Positions 29,591 to 39,693 of a stretch of DNA of 52,403 nucleotides are shown here, one piece after another (position 1 is the first letter of the stretch; each line of letters begins with the position of its first letter). The translations under genes were made by a program, and so were the position numbers. The stretch comes from a bacterium (GTDB taxonomy: Bacteria; SZUA-182; DTGQ01; JAFGSM01): the NCBI GenBank assembly GCA_049472355.1, contig JBLIRP010000016.1:1-52403 (forward strand). Reading direction: 5' to 3'. The notes beneath the pieces were generated by a model, which had not been told where the DNA came from, did no database searches, and worked only from the letters and a program-made list of their open reading frames with translations.

Positions 29591-30760
29591 ATGAAGATCC
29601 TCATGATATCGGATGTCTATTTCCCGCGCATCAACGGTGTATCAACCTCCATTATGACCTATCGCAGGGCGCTGCGGGAAAGGGGCCACCGCGTCACCCT
29701 GATTGCACCCGAATATAACGAAAGGGTGGAGGATGAATCGGATATCATCAGGATTCCTTCGCGGTCGCTCATCGTCGACAAGGAGGACCGGATGATGAAG
29801 GCGACGAAGATATACGGCCTGAAGGGTGAGCTTGTAAGGGAGAATTTCGACATCATCCACATCCAAACCCCGTTCGTCGCCCACTATGTGGGGGTGTCGC
29901 TTGCCAGGCGCCTCAACGTCCCCCGTGTTGAATCGTATCACACCTTTTTTGAGGAGTACTTGCAACATTATGTCCCCTTTGTGCCGAAGCCTGTGCTCCG
30001 GTTTATCGCACGGCGTTTTTCCGCATCCCAATGCAACGGCGTGGATGCCCTCATCGTTCCTTCGGGTCCCATGCTGGAGGTATTGCGGGGCTACGGCGTG
30101 AACACGCCTGCGGAAATCATCCCCACCGGCATCAACCTGAAGGGCTTCACCGGAGGGGACGGCGAAGCCTTTCGACGCAGGTATGGTATACCCATGGATC
30201 GACCGGTATTGATCACCGTGGGACGGGTGGCCTTTGAAAAGAACATCGATTTTCTCATCAGGGTGGCGGATGCGGTGCGCCGGGCGATTCCCGATGTCTT
30301 CTTGATTATTGCGGGCGGAGGACCTGCGGTCGCATCACTCAAGAGACTCGTCGGACAACTCGATCTCGATGATCATGTCCTGTTTGCGGGGTATCTTGCC
30401 TATGACAAGGAACTGCTCGACTGTTATCGCGCGGCTGATGTGTTCATCTTCGCCTCCCGCACGGAAACTCAGGGCCTCGTCCTGTTGGAGGCAATGGCCA
30501 TGGGGGTGCCGGTAGTTTCCACTGCGGTCATGGGCACCAAGGACATTCTGTACGGGGCACGGGGGGCGGTGGTGGCGCAGGAGGACCTCGATGATTTTGC
30601 CGGGAAGGTCGTTTCCGTGCTCAATGATCCGAAACTCCGGCGGACCCTCTCCGGTGAAGCGCTCCGGGATGTCGGAAAATGGAGTGAAGAACGTCTTGTT
30701 ACGGCCATGATTGCATTGTATGAACGTGTGGTGGCATCCCGGCATGCTCCAAGAACGTAG
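29591..30760 (+). CDS. GT4 glycosyltransferase (diacylglycerol glucosyltransferase-like)
   Basis: SDVYFPRINGVSTS, VGRVAFEKNI, FASRTETQGLVLLEAMA. Confidence 0.9.
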   Translation: MKILMISDVYFPRINGVSTSIMTYRRALRERGHRVTLIAPEYNERVEDESDIIRIPSRSLIVDKEDRMMKATKIYGLKGELVRENFDIIHIQTPFVAHYVGVSLARRLNVPRVESYHTFFEEYLQHYVPFVPKPVLRFIARRFSASQCNGVDALIVPSGPMLEVLRGYGVNTPAEIIPTGINLKGFTGGDGEAFRRRYGIPMDRPVLITVGRVAFEKNIDFLIRVADAVRRAIPDVFLIIAGGGPAVASLKRLVGQLDLDDHVLFAGYLAYDKELLDCYRAADVFIFASRTETQGLVLLEAMAMGVPVVSTAVMGTKDILYGARGAVVAQEDLDDFAGKVVSVLNDPKLRRTLSGEALRDVGKWSEERLVTAMIALYERVVASRHAPRT

Positions 30761-31055
30761 CGGTTGAAAGGATTCCTTTTCAAATGATGCATGAGCGGTC
30801 GGCTGAATCCCGCATACGCCCTTGATCCCTTCGGGTTACCTTCCCTGAAGCATGCCTCGTTAAAGCAAGAAGGTTCAGTGCATTGATGCCTTTTGATTGC
30901 GAAGGTATGCCGCTGTAACTCATAACTAATTGTTATTAATATACTATCATTGGAAGATCGATGCATTTGATTTTCAAATGATTCGTGTACCTGTATCCGG
31001 ATCGTAATGCATCCTGCCCTTTCACTGTCTTTTGTGAGAAGCAGGTAGCATTTTT

Positions 31056-32987
31056 ATGACGCGAAAATTAATCGGCGTATTCGCCATTGCAGTAGTACTC
31101 TTCCTCATTGGCACCTCATCCCCTGCAGGCATAGGGGCACAGGGAGGTCCCTCGGGCACCGGCGGTGGTGTGGGAGGGATGATCGATCCCCTCCAGTCCG
31201 GTATGCTCGTGTCCCAGATGATGGGTCCTGCGCTTCAAGCCGGGGTGGGTGCGTCCATTGGTATGTCCGGCATCGGCATTCTCACGCAGGTCATCCCTTC
31301 CCAGGCAAATGCTTTGATGGGTCCGGTTTCCGCGTCCCTTGTTGCCGGAGGAATCGGCGGCGTCCCCTTGAACCCGGGAGTCGGAACATCCGGCGCGCTC
31401 GTCATGATGCCCGGAATGTATGATTCCGGCGTGCCGGGGCTCGGCATGCCCGGACTGGGCGGCCCTGGGATCGAAACGCTCTTGGCGGGAATCATCGGGC
31501 CAGGCAATCTCATGGGGCAGGGCAGGGTGCCTGTAATGGGAATTGCCCCTGGATGGGGAATGGGTTTTTGGCCGGGACCGCTGAACGGCCTTGCCTTCGG
31601 AGCATTGACCGGGGCCGGGGTGGGACCCGTAAGAGGCATGGCGACGTGGCCGATGAGTGTAATGTCGCCCAGGTCCATAGTGGGGGGCGGGTCAGGCCTG
31701 GTCATGGGATACAATGCAGGACCTATGACAGGACCTGGGCTCGGTCTCATGACCGGACTCGGGGCCGGGCCGGTCATGGGATTCGGACCGGGATCCATGA
31801 TGGGATTGGCACCCGGGCCCATGATGGGATCGGGCATGCCTTCGTCGATGGGATTTTCCCCCGGACCGATGATGGGATTCATGCCTGGGACCATGATGGG
31901 AATGCCCGATGCAGCCTTTCCTCCATGGGGAGCACCCCCCCCTTCCGTCTATCAATCAGGTCCGCTGCCAAACGGCCTGTACGCGCCTCAGAACATTGCT
32001 CGGAACAATGTTACTCCCCAGCCGGGTCCCGGGCAGGATCAGACCGGGAACAGGAGGGTGGTATTTCTGGGGACCTCCGTTGAAGGAACGCGTCCTGATG
32101 GAACACCCAATATCGTCAGGCACTATCTGGACACCTATACGGGCAGACGAATGAGCGGCTATTCACAGGGCGTGGAGGTGCCGGCCCCGGAATATCACTG
32201 GTGGTATGGGTGCTCGCCAACCTCGGCGGGCATGGTCATGGGGTACTATGATATATACGGATATAACGGAATCAGCTATGACCTGGTGCTCGGGGGCGTT
32301 GCAGAGGTGAGCAGCTTCTATCCCAATTCCCCCGTGCCGATCGATCCGCCTGTTGATCCTCCCAGCGCCAAGGGACCGACCCTGCTGTGCAACAAGGCGA
32401 TCGCAAGCGCCGGGCACCTTGCCGACTTTTGGCTTTCCACGGGTAGCACCGGCGATCCTCTGGCCTCGGGCCGTCTCATCCCCTCCCAATTCGATTGCCT
32501 GGGTGATTTCATGGGCACCAGCCAGGATAATCTCAACTCCTCCGGGGACGATAATCCCGACGGGCAGACCTTCTTCTATTTCTGGACAAACGGGGCGAGG
32601 ATGACGAACACCGACCTGTTCAATCTCGGGTACGATGTCTACAACCATTCGGGTGCGTACGGGATGATCGAATATACCCAGTATTGCGGCTACAGGGGAT
32701 TTGTGTTCAATCAGTATATCGTGGGGTATCAGGGCAATACCCTTGGGTTCAGCTTTTCCGATTATGTCAATGAGATCGATGCGGGAAGGCCGGTGCTGCT
32801 TCATCTGAGCGGTCATATGATGCTGGGGACCGGCTACTACCTGAGCACGGAGACCGTTTTGGTCCATGATGTCTGGAACAACAGCGACGTGGCCGGCCCG
32901 CTTACCATGCCCTGGGGGGGGACCTATCAGGACCCGGACGGGACTGTTTTCACCCATTTTGCCGTGACCTGTTTTACACCGCTATGA
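31056..32987 (+). CDS. Secreted protein: Gly/Met/Pro-rich region plus papain-fold (C39/C10-like) peptidase domain
   Basis: Signal peptide; ~270 aa G/M/P-rich with PGPMMG-like repeats; WWYGCSPTSAGMVMGYYD (Cys) and EIDAGRPVLL..GHMMLGTGY (His), HDVW. Confidence 0.75.
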   Translation: MTRKLIGVFAIAVVLFLIGTSSPAGIGAQGGPSGTGGGVGGMIDPLQSGMLVSQMMGPALQAGVGASIGMSGIGILTQVIPSQANALMGPVSASLVAGGIGGVPLNPGVGTSGALVMMPGMYDSGVPGLGMPGLGGPGIETLLAGIIGPGNLMGQGRVPVMGIAPGWGMGFWPGPLNGLAFGALTGAGVGPVRGMATWPMSVMSPRSIVGGGSGLVMGYNAGPMTGPGLGLMTGLGAGPVMGFGPGSMMGLAPGPMMGSGMPSSMGFSPGPMMGFMPGTMMGMPDAAFPPWGAPPPSVYQSGPLPNGLYAPQNIARNNVTPQPGPGQDQTGNRRVVFLGTSVEGTRPDGTPNIVRHYLDTYTGRRMSGYSQGVEVPAPEYHWWYGCSPTSAGMVMGYYDIYGYNGISYDLVLGGVAEVSSFYPNSPVPIDPPVDPPSAKGPTLLCNKAIASAGHLADFWLSTGSTGDPLASGRLIPSQFDCLGDFMGTSQDNLNSSGDDNPDGQTFFYFWTNGARMTNTDLFNLGYDVYNHSGAYGMIEYTQYCGYRGFVFNQYIVGYQGNTLGFSFSDYVNEIDAGRPVLLHLSGHMMLGTGYYLSTETVLVHDVWNNSDVAGPLTMPWGGTYQDPDGTVFTHFAVTCFTPL

Positions 32988-33049
32988 TACTATTGACACG
33001 GATATTCCATGAGGCTTCGATCGTGTGTATCATGTTTAATCTCTTCGGG

Positions 33050-33130
33050 TTTAATTCCCCGAAGCTTGTTTCGTTAATATAATGAAGTTCGTTTTTGATA
33101 CTCCGCAGCTTGCTGCGGGGAGGCTTCATT
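33050..33130 (+). repeat. Palindromic repeat family C, copy
   Basis: TTTAATTCCCCGAAGCTTGTTTCG ... GATACTCCGCAGCTTGCTGCGGGGAGGCTTCATT. Confidence 0.7.
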
Positions 33131-33253
33131 ATGACGGATATTCCCGGCAGGGACCCGATGAGTGTCCCCTTTGCCGGTGCCGTGCGCTCTCCATTCTCGT
33201 ATGAGCCAATGGCATTGCACGCGTGAGGAAGGCGCCATTTCAATGAGTGTACG

Positions 33254-33718
33254 ATGATAAAAAGGATGGTGATCATAGCCGTTGTTCTTTGTACCCTGCG
33301 GCCCGCTGTCATTGAATCAACAATGTCCCAGGGGATTGCCGGCGAAGGCAATGAGGAGGCGGACGTGATCATCGTGGGCGAGGTGTATGACACGGGTGCA
33401 GCACTTTTGATGAACGTCCCGCCTGCGCGGCCGGGTGTACCCCCCCTGTCCCGGTTTGTGGTCATCAAGGTGATCGATGTCATACGCGGGGATGAGAGAA
33501 TAAAAACGAACACCCTCATGCAGCTTCTCCCTCGGGCCGGGCTGGAAAAGGCACGCGATACGGCTGCCGGTTCTGCCGAGGGAATGGCCCCCATTCGGGC
33601 GGAAAGAGGCACGTTGGTTGTCGTGTATGCCGATGCCGTGAGTGCTGCTCCGGGGTTTTATTCATATATAACGGCGTTTCCCTTGCTAACCTCATTCCGG
33701 GTTACCGGTCCGTGGTGA
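33254..33718 (+). CDS. Small exported hypothetical protein
   Basis: Signal-like N-terminus; EEADVIIVGEV...VIKVIDVIRG suggests a beta-rich fold. Confidence 0.55.
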   Translation: MIKRMVIIAVVLCTLRPAVIESTMSQGIAGEGNEEADVIIVGEVYDTGAALLMNVPPARPGVPPLSRFVVIKVIDVIRGDERIKTNTLMQLLPRAGLEKARDTAAGSAEGMAPIRAERGTLVVVYADAVSAAPGFYSYITAFPLLTSFRVTGPW

Positions 33719-33857
33719 GATCGGGGGATGAGCACGGCATGTGAACCGCATCGGCGGTGCGTACCAGCATTTTTCCCGGGGGGGGTGACAAAGGGGTATG
33801 GGAGGGTGTCCAAGCCCATGGAATGCGCTGTTAGGGGTAGTATCTACATAGTGCCCC

Positions 33858-33886
33858 TTGCTTTTTTGAAGATTATATGCTATTTT
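33858..33886 (+). promoter_or_regulatory. Candidate sigma-70 promoter for csp
   Basis: TTGCTT-N17-TATTTT with TG immediately upstream of the -10; would give a ~225-nt leader. Confidence 0.4.
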
Positions 33887-34116
33887 TATATATAATGTAA
33901 TAGTACCCTGTTGTTGAGCCTTGAAAGCCAGAAGCCCCTGCGTTTGTTTCGCTATAGCTATACTTGAAAAGCAATAGTAAAACAGAAATGATCGCAATCA
34001 TGGTGTTTCGCTCAAACTGTGGTTGCGATTTTTCATTTAAAGGCCCATCAAACAGTGGGTACGGGTTCGAATCCGCCATGCGCGGATAGGTAACACTCAG
34101 GAAAGGATTTAGGTCA

Positions 34117-34317
34117 ATGGAAAACGGTACGGTAAAATGGTTTAGCGAATCAAAGGGTTATGGCTTTATTCAAAGGTCTAATGGAGAAGATATCTTTGTC
34201 CACTTTACAGGCATCAATGGTGACGGTTACAAAACCCTCGACGAGGGCGATCAGGTCACCTTCGAGGTGCAGAATGGCAAAAAGGGACTTCAGGCTGTAA
34301 ACGTCAGTAAGATCTAG
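34117..34317 (+). CDS. csp: Cold-shock protein (CspA family)
   Basis: GTVKWF..KGYGFI (RNP1), DIFVHF (RNP2), 66 aa. Confidence 0.97.
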   Translation: MENGTVKWFSESKGYGFIQRSNGEDIFVHFTGINGDGYKTLDEGDQVTFEVQNGKKGLQAVNVSKI

Positions 34318-34343
34318 CCATACCATTAGCCATACACAATAGG

Positions 34344-34380
34344 AAAATCCCAATCCGATGAGCGACGGATTGGGATTTTT
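34344..34380 (+). terminator. Intrinsic terminator after csp
   Basis: AAAATCCCAATCCG-atgagcga-CGGATTGGGATTTTT. Confidence 0.9.
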
Positions 34381-34702
34381 CATGTGTGGACACGCCAGGG
34401 CGCAACCGATTCAGTGCCCTCTATGCGATGGAAAGAGATATGACTATTTCCGGAGCCGGCGCATTCCCGGGCAGCATATTCCATCCCGGCATATTGCCAC
34501 CCCAAGACCCCTCATATATACTAACCAAGGTAGGCCGATAACAGTCACCGGTGACCACTTGGTGTGTGATATTTTGGCATGCCGTATCCGATTTCATATT
34601 CATATGAGAGATTTCAACCAGCCACTTGTTTTTAAAAACGTTCATTCTTCGTTGTGGCCGAAGGATCATGGTTGTTATTAGAAAACGGAAAGGATCTATA
34701 CA

Positions 34703-34975
34703 ATGGATCTAAAGCTGCTGATGACGGTTTTCTCCACCATATTCGTTGCGGAGATAGGGGACAAGACGCAGGTGGCGACCCTGCTCTATGCCTCGGGGGC
34801 GCAGAACAGCAAGGCGACGGTATTTCTGGGATCCGCAGTGGCCCTGGTACTTACCTCGGCGATCGGGGTGATCGTGGGATCGGCCATTTCCAGGTATGTG
34901 AATCCCCGGTATCTCTCCTGGGCCGCGGGGATCGGGTTCATTGCGGTGGGCATTTGGACAATCCTGAGGGCATGA
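34703..34975 (+). CDS. TMEM165/GDT1 (UPF0016) half-transporter
   Basis: FVAEIGDKTQ signature, 3 TM helices, 90 aa. Confidence 0.92.
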   Translation: MDLKLLMTVFSTIFVAEIGDKTQVATLLYASGAQNSKATVFLGSAVALVLTSAIGVIVGSAISRYVNPRYLSWAAGIGFIAVGIWTILRA

Positions 34976-35008
34976 GGTATACTTGGCTCACTTACCAAGG
35001 GGAGCAGA

Positions 35009-35710
35009 ATGAGCCTGGTGATTGCAGAGGATCTGAGGAAGACTTACGTAAACGGGGAAATCGCGCTCGATGCCCTGAAGGGCGTCAGTTTCGAGATTAC
35101 GCCCGCCACCTTTGTCTCCTTCATCGGCCCCTCCGGAAGCGGGAAGACCACGCTGCTCAACCTGATCGGCTGCCTGGACAGGCCCACCTCCGGAATGCTG
35201 CGGGTGGCCGAGCAGGAGGTGGCCGGCCTGGACAAACGGAGCGCCGCACGTTTCAGGGGGCGGAACATCGGGTTCATCTTCCAGGATTTCAACCTCATCC
35301 CGGTGCTCACGGCATACGAGAACGTGGAATACCCCCTCCTCATGGTCGACGGCACCCCGGCGGGGGAGCGGCGGAAGCGGGTGACGGCCCTTCTTGATGC
35401 CGTAGGCATGGCTGAGCAGAGGGACAAGTACCCGGACCAGCTCTCCGGGGGGCAGAAGCAGCGGGTGGCCGTGGCACGGGCCCTGGTCACGAATCCCCGG
35501 CTGGTGCTCGCGGACGAGCCCACGGCCAATCTCGACCACGCCACCGCCTATCGCATCATCGGCATCATGCGGCAGATGAAGGAGCGATACGGCACTACCT
35601 TCATCTTTTCCACCCACGACCACAAGGTGGTGGAGGAGGTGGAGACCATCTTCACCCTCCAGGACGGGGAGCTTGTGGAGAGGCGCTCGGGGCGCAAGGA
35701 TAGCAGGTGA
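35009..35710 (+). CDS. ABC transporter ATPase, LolD/MacB-like
   Basis: [37 protein letters not shown]. Confidence 0.92.
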   Translation: MSLVIAEDLRKTYVNGEIALDALKGVSFEITPATFVSFIGPSGSGKTTLLNLIGCLDRPTSGMLRVAEQEVAGLDKRSAARFRGRNIGFIFQDFNLIPVLTAYENVEYPLLMVDGTPAGERRKRVTALLDAVGMAEQRDKYPDQLSGGQKQRVAVARALVTNPRLVLADEPTANLDHATAYRIIGIMRQMKERYGTTFIFSTHDHKVVEEVETIFTLQDGELVERRSGRKDSR

Positions 35711-35827
35711 GGGAACAGGTCCCGGACATCGGCAGAACACGGAAGACAGCGCAAGGATGCCGGTATCCCGGCCGGGGATCGTACCGGGATAATCGATATA
35801 TCATATAAAGATACGCGGTATATACGC

Positions 35828-37066
35828 ATGGCAAACCTTTTCAAGATAGCGGTGAGAAACCTTTTCAGGTACCGGCGCAGGACACTGCTGACGGTGCTCC
35901 TCATTACCACCGGCGTGGTGTTCGTGCTGGTGTTCATTGCCGTGTCCGACTCATTCAAGGGCATGATGGTGGGGCAGATCACCGACTCCATGCTGGGGCA
36001 CATCCAGGTGCACCGGAAGGGGTATGTCGCCTCCATCGACAACCTTCCCCTCACCCTGAATATGGCCGAGAGCGCCGCTCAGAAGGTGGAGGGGATCATT
36101 GAAGGAGTCTCCGGCATTGCGGCCTATTCCCCCAGGTTGAAGTTCGGGGGGCTGTTCAGCAATTTCACCGAGACGACCAACGTACGGATAAACGGGGTAT
36201 ACCCCGATCGGGAGATGGCGACCCTGCCCCTGTTCGCCTCCCGGATCATCGAGGGGGAGAAGGGGATCAAAAAAGGAGAGATCCTGATCCCGGATCTCCT
36301 TTCCACGGGGATGCAGGTGAAGGTGGGGGACACCGTGGTGGTGATCGCCACCAACCGGGATGGCTCGGTAAACGGCAAACAGTTCCGGGTGAGCGGCGTG
36401 ATCGAGAGTGTGACCGGTCCCGGGGGGAGGGACGGGTACATCCACATCGAGGATGCCATGGATATCCTCCGGCTTGAGGAGGCGGAGGTGAGCGAGATCG
36501 CCATCCGGCTCGAGGGTTTCGACGCCCTGCACCGCGTGTTCGCACAACTGGAATCGCTGCTTGCCGCGGAGAAGAACGCCCAGGGAAAATCCCCCTTCGA
36601 GGTGCACACCTGGGAAAAGCTTTCCCCCTTCTACAACATTGCGCGCATGATCGACATCATGACCTTCTTCATCAAGCTCATGCTCATCGCCATCGTGCTC
36701 ATCAGCATCATGAACGTGATGATCATGGCGGTGTACGAACGTATCCGGGAGATCGGCACCATCGCCGCCATCGGCACCCTGCCTGAGAGGATCCTGTCGC
36801 TTTTCATCATCGAGGGATTCTCCCTGGGGGTGTTGGGCGCGGTGATCGGGAATATCGTGGCCGTGGCCGTCATCGTTCTCCTGGGCATTTCACGGATCAC
36901 CTTCAACTTCGGCAGGCAGACCGGCCTGGTGCTTTCGCCTTCCCTGAAGGTGTCGGATGTCCTGGTGGTATCGGTGATCGTGATCCTCGTTTCCGTGGTC
37001 GCAAGCCTTCAGCCGGCATGGAAGGCCTCCCGCATGGAGCCGGTGGACGCGCTGAGGCACGTATAG
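35828..37066 (+). CDS. ABC transporter permease, LolE/FtsX family
   Basis: RNLFRYRRRTLLT, periplasmic domain, AVYERIREIGT, PAWKASRMEPVDALRH. Confidence 0.9.
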   Translation: MANLFKIAVRNLFRYRRRTLLTVLLITTGVVFVLVFIAVSDSFKGMMVGQITDSMLGHIQVHRKGYVASIDNLPLTLNMAESAAQKVEGIIEGVSGIAAYSPRLKFGGLFSNFTETTNVRINGVYPDREMATLPLFASRIIEGEKGIKKGEILIPDLLSTGMQVKVGDTVVVIATNRDGSVNGKQFRVSGVIESVTGPGGRDGYIHIEDAMDILRLEEAEVSEIAIRLEGFDALHRVFAQLESLLAAEKNAQGKSPFEVHTWEKLSPFYNIARMIDIMTFFIKLMLIAIVLISIMNVMIMAVYERIREIGTIAAIGTLPERILSLFIIEGFSLGVLGAVIGNIVAVAVIVLLGISRITFNFGRQTGLVLSPSLKVSDVLVVSVIVILVSVVASLQPAWKASRMEPVDALRHV

Positions 37067-37140
37067 ACAAAACTACCCCTTGATCATTATACTGCCTTTC
37101 GGGTATCGAAACCGCAATGGATTGTTCTGCTGGTGAAACC

Positions 37141-38157
37141 ATGACAAATCAAAAGAAACCAAAGGGAATCCCACTGGTGTGGGGAAAATACGTTGCGCTG
37201 TTCATGGTGTGCTTCGGTATGTGCCTCCTGGATGCGGGCTGCTCCCCGATGAATACGCCGGATTTCAGGGATGTGATGACGGCATGCCGGAACCGCACCC
37301 GGAAACAGCAGGCCATCTGCAGGGGCATGGATTGGCTGTTTAAAAACCCGGTTGACATACACAGGGAAGGTTTTATGGAACTGGGGGAAGAGATCAATCT
37401 TTTCTACATGTTTTATCTGAATGCAGGCAGCGCGGGCGAGAAGGAATTCTACCGGTCCGCCATACGTTCAAGGATCGAGCGCCTTCTCCGGGAGCACGAT
37501 TTGCGGGTGAACCATTTTGAAGAGATCCTCGGGTATCTCTATTTTGTTCATATCATGAATCGGATGGGCATCAGCAATGAACGGTATGAGGATTTTGTGG
37601 AGACGGAGGTCCTGCCGAACGGGATGATGCATCATGGACAATCCAACACCTTTATGCTGCTCAGTTCGGCCATGATCGAGGGGCTTGGAAGGAGCCCGCA
37701 GGTTCCCTTCCAAAGGCTGCTCGACCAGGGGATCATTGCGCGCCTGAGTCCCCGTCCTGATCTTGTTCCGATCGATAAGGTCTATGTGACGTCCGCTGAC
37801 ATCCAGAATTTTTACTATGACGTCACCCATGAAATCTTCGCCATGTCAAATTATGGAGAGAGGGACCCCTCCACCTGTCTTCTCGATCATGAGCTGCAAT
37901 TTCTGAAGGGGATCATACCCAGGGGGATGGCACGATTTGTGGAAGAGGGTGAGGTGGATATCGTTGCGGAGTTGATCGTCTGTGCCAGGATGATCGGGTG
38001 CACGGATTTTCATGGTTTCGAGGATGCCGTTCTGTTTATCCTCGATGCGCAAAAGGATGACGGTTCCTTCGGGCCTATCCGGAGGATGTCGTTTCTGGGG
38101 CGTCCTAATATCTACCGGCACGGGGTCCTTGTGGCCCTCTGGGCGCTGGTGGAATAG
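37141..38157 (+). CDS. Hypothetical exported/lipoprotein with helical domain (tentatively DUF6895-like)
   Basis: Hydrophobic N-terminus ending DAGC; YDVTHEIF, DIVAEL, and ILDAQKDDGSFG (prenyltransferase-repeat-like QxxDG). Confidence 0.65.
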   Translation: MTNQKKPKGIPLVWGKYVALFMVCFGMCLLDAGCSPMNTPDFRDVMTACRNRTRKQQAICRGMDWLFKNPVDIHREGFMELGEEINLFYMFYLNAGSAGEKEFYRSAIRSRIERLLREHDLRVNHFEEILGYLYFVHIMNRMGISNERYEDFVETEVLPNGMMHHGQSNTFMLLSSAMIEGLGRSPQVPFQRLLDQGIIARLSPRPDLVPIDKVYVTSADIQNFYYDVTHEIFAMSNYGERDPSTCLLDHELQFLKGIIPRGMARFVEEGEVDIVAELIVCARMIGCTDFHGFEDAVLFILDAQKDDGSFGPIRRMSFLGRPNIYRHGVLVALWALVE

Positions 38158-38276
38158 GAAACCGGGTGCCATGCGCAGTGCCCGTTGACACCCCTGCGGC
38201 ACGAGTCCTGATTCCCATACCTTTCCTGGGAGCGGCATGACCGCGTTGAATGGCGGAATAAACCCCCACCTCCCCC

Positions 38277-39044
38277 TTATGATTGCGGCTTCTGCGGTTT
38301 CATGATGCCCTTGATCGCATCCAACAAGGCCTTCGCTTGCTCCTCCTGCATCTTCTTTTTAAACGCCTGTCCCGGAATGGCGGGCCGTGTCTTTATGGTC
38401 TGAATGACCTCCCTGGCATACTCCTTGGTCAACTCCACATTCTTGAAGATATTGTCGGACTTCTCCACCTTGTAGTGGTCTTCGGGCAGATAGTGCGACA
38501 CCACCTCGCCCGATAATACAAGGGCCGTCATCTTTCCCAGTTTTCCCGATGATCTGCTTATCCCTACGGTTTCTTTATGTGAGACGCAGGTGAATACCGA
38601 GACATCGGCAGGCACGGATGGCCGAGCCTTCTGGGATGACATACGATATTTGTTCTGGCGTGCCGCCTCTGCCTGGGCCTTGTCCACATCGGATTGCTTC
38701 ACCACAATGATGATCCCGTCTCGTTCAAACTCCTTTCTGAGGATATCGAAGAGCATGTCCGCCCTGATGGACTTCTGTAAATTCTCGCTTATTTCAGGCC
38801 GGTACAGGGCAACCACGATGGGATCGGTGGGTTTTCGCCGTTCCGCCTTCTTGATTGCCTCAATGCGGGAGGTTTCCTGCTCCCGGCGGAGCCTCTCCTG
38901 CTCCATGGTTTTTTCATCGCCCCTGACGGTGGTGCGCCCTCCCACCGAGGTGGTCGTCTTCCACTGCCCTCCTGCACAACCAAACATTACTGCAAATAGA
39001 ATGCATCCTGCGATTTTAATAATGCTGTGAGCTGAGTGTCTCAT
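38277..39044 (-). CDS. Hypothetical lipoprotein (possible CsgG/TolB-N-like fold)
   Basis: Lipobox-like VMFGC; G-rich RBS; ATG just downstream of the attC-like site. Confidence 0.75.
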   Translation of the reverse strand: MRHSAHSIIKIAGCILFAVMFGCAGGQWKTTTSVGGRTTVRGDEKTMEQERLRREQETSRIEAIKKAERRKPTDPIVVALYRPEISENLQKSIRADMLFDILRKEFERDGIIIVVKQSDVDKAQAEAARQNKYRMSSQKARPSVPADVSVFTCVSHKETVGISRSSGKLGKMTALVLSGEVVSHYLPEDHYKVEKSDNIFKNVELTKEYAREVIQTIKTRPAIPGQAFKKKMQEEQAKALLDAIKGIMKPQKPQS

Positions 39045-39051
39045 TTTTCCC

Positions 39052-39114
39052 CCCTGACTTTGCGATTGAGCGGCGCGCCGACGAGGCTGGTCCGCCTCGA
39101 AGCGCTTATTAGCC
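39052..39114 (-). mobile_element. Degenerate integron attC site
   Basis: Minus strand GGCTAAT-AAGCGC-TTCGAGGCGG...CCGCTCAA-TCGCAAA-GTCAGGG. The L arms pair with two unpaired bases (TT[C]GAG[G]CGG vs CCGCTCAA); the AAC and GTT cores each carry one substitution. Confidence 0.7.
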
Positions 39115-39402
39115 GCGCCCTCAAAACCGGGTTTCCTTTATCTCACCAAGCGTCATCTCGTGATTCATTAATCCCGCGAGGTTTGTGAGATGAACCTATG
39201 GCCCATTTTCGTCGTCTCCCCAGACTTGGATACGTGCAGAACTTCTTATCGGCAACGCCGGCTTGTTCTCGCGAATGAAGAAAATGATGTCGTTCGGGTG
39301 TTGCGGATACTTCTCCCGAACTGCCTGAAGGATGACGTATTCGTCCTCCCGCAGCGGGCGACACAGCCGGAGTTGATAGAGCCATTGGAATATTCGTCTC
39401 AT
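39109..39402 (-). pseudogene. Cassette ORF with in-frame stops
   Basis: ATG 39402 MRRIFQWL...DDENGP*(TAG 39196)VHLTNLAGLMNHEMTLGEIKETRF*(TGA 39121)GRG*; the last in-frame TAA lies in the attC R'' box. Confidence 0.55.
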
Positions 39403-39415
39403 CGCACAGTATTCG

Positions 39416-39433
39416 GCCTAACAACCTGTTAAG
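39416..39433 (-). mobile_element. attI-like simple site / cassette 5' boundary
   Basis: Minus strand CTTAAC-AGGTT-GTTAGGC: perfect GTTRRRY with an inverted AAC 5 bp away, 13 nt before the cassette ATG. Confidence 0.55.
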
Positions 39434-39693
39434 TAATAAAACCGCCATCCCAATGAAACCAAAATACATTTCCTTTGATAATCAGTCAAAAAAATCCATT
39501 CATTACCTTCATCGGAACTAACGGGAGAAAATCTTTGGCAGGTTTTTTCCCGAGGCTTTTTTTTCGCTCAGGGTATTTCTGAATACAGGCAAGGCGTGAA
39601 AAAGGGCCGTCCCGGAACAGATCATCCGGGACCCTGCCCGGTGACCGGGACAGATGCGCGTTCTCCACACGGTCATTCGTTACAACGCGGTTC

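Noticed and set aside
30951..30966. Sigma-54 motif upstream of the 31056 gene
   Set aside because: GG-to-GC spacing is 9 rather than the required 10.
34062..34078. GGTTCGAATCC T-loop suggesting a tRNA
   Set aside because: No 5-bp T stem, acceptor stem, D arm or anticodon arm can be built.
34421..34669. 82-aa minus-strand ORF
   Set aside because: Begins inside a repeat, has no RBS and no recognisable domain.
34560..34702. yybP-ykoY Mn riboswitch upstream of the GDT1 gene
   Set aside because: Conserved riboswitch motifs not seen; the region holds a REP-like repeat instead.
39196..39198. Pyrrolysine readthrough of the in-frame TAG
   Set aside because: No pyl context; a TGG-to-TAG mutation in a decaying cassette is simpler.
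39434..39693. Integron integrase next to the attI-like site
   Set aside because: Only ~260 bp before trkA and no tyrosine-recombinase motifs recognised.
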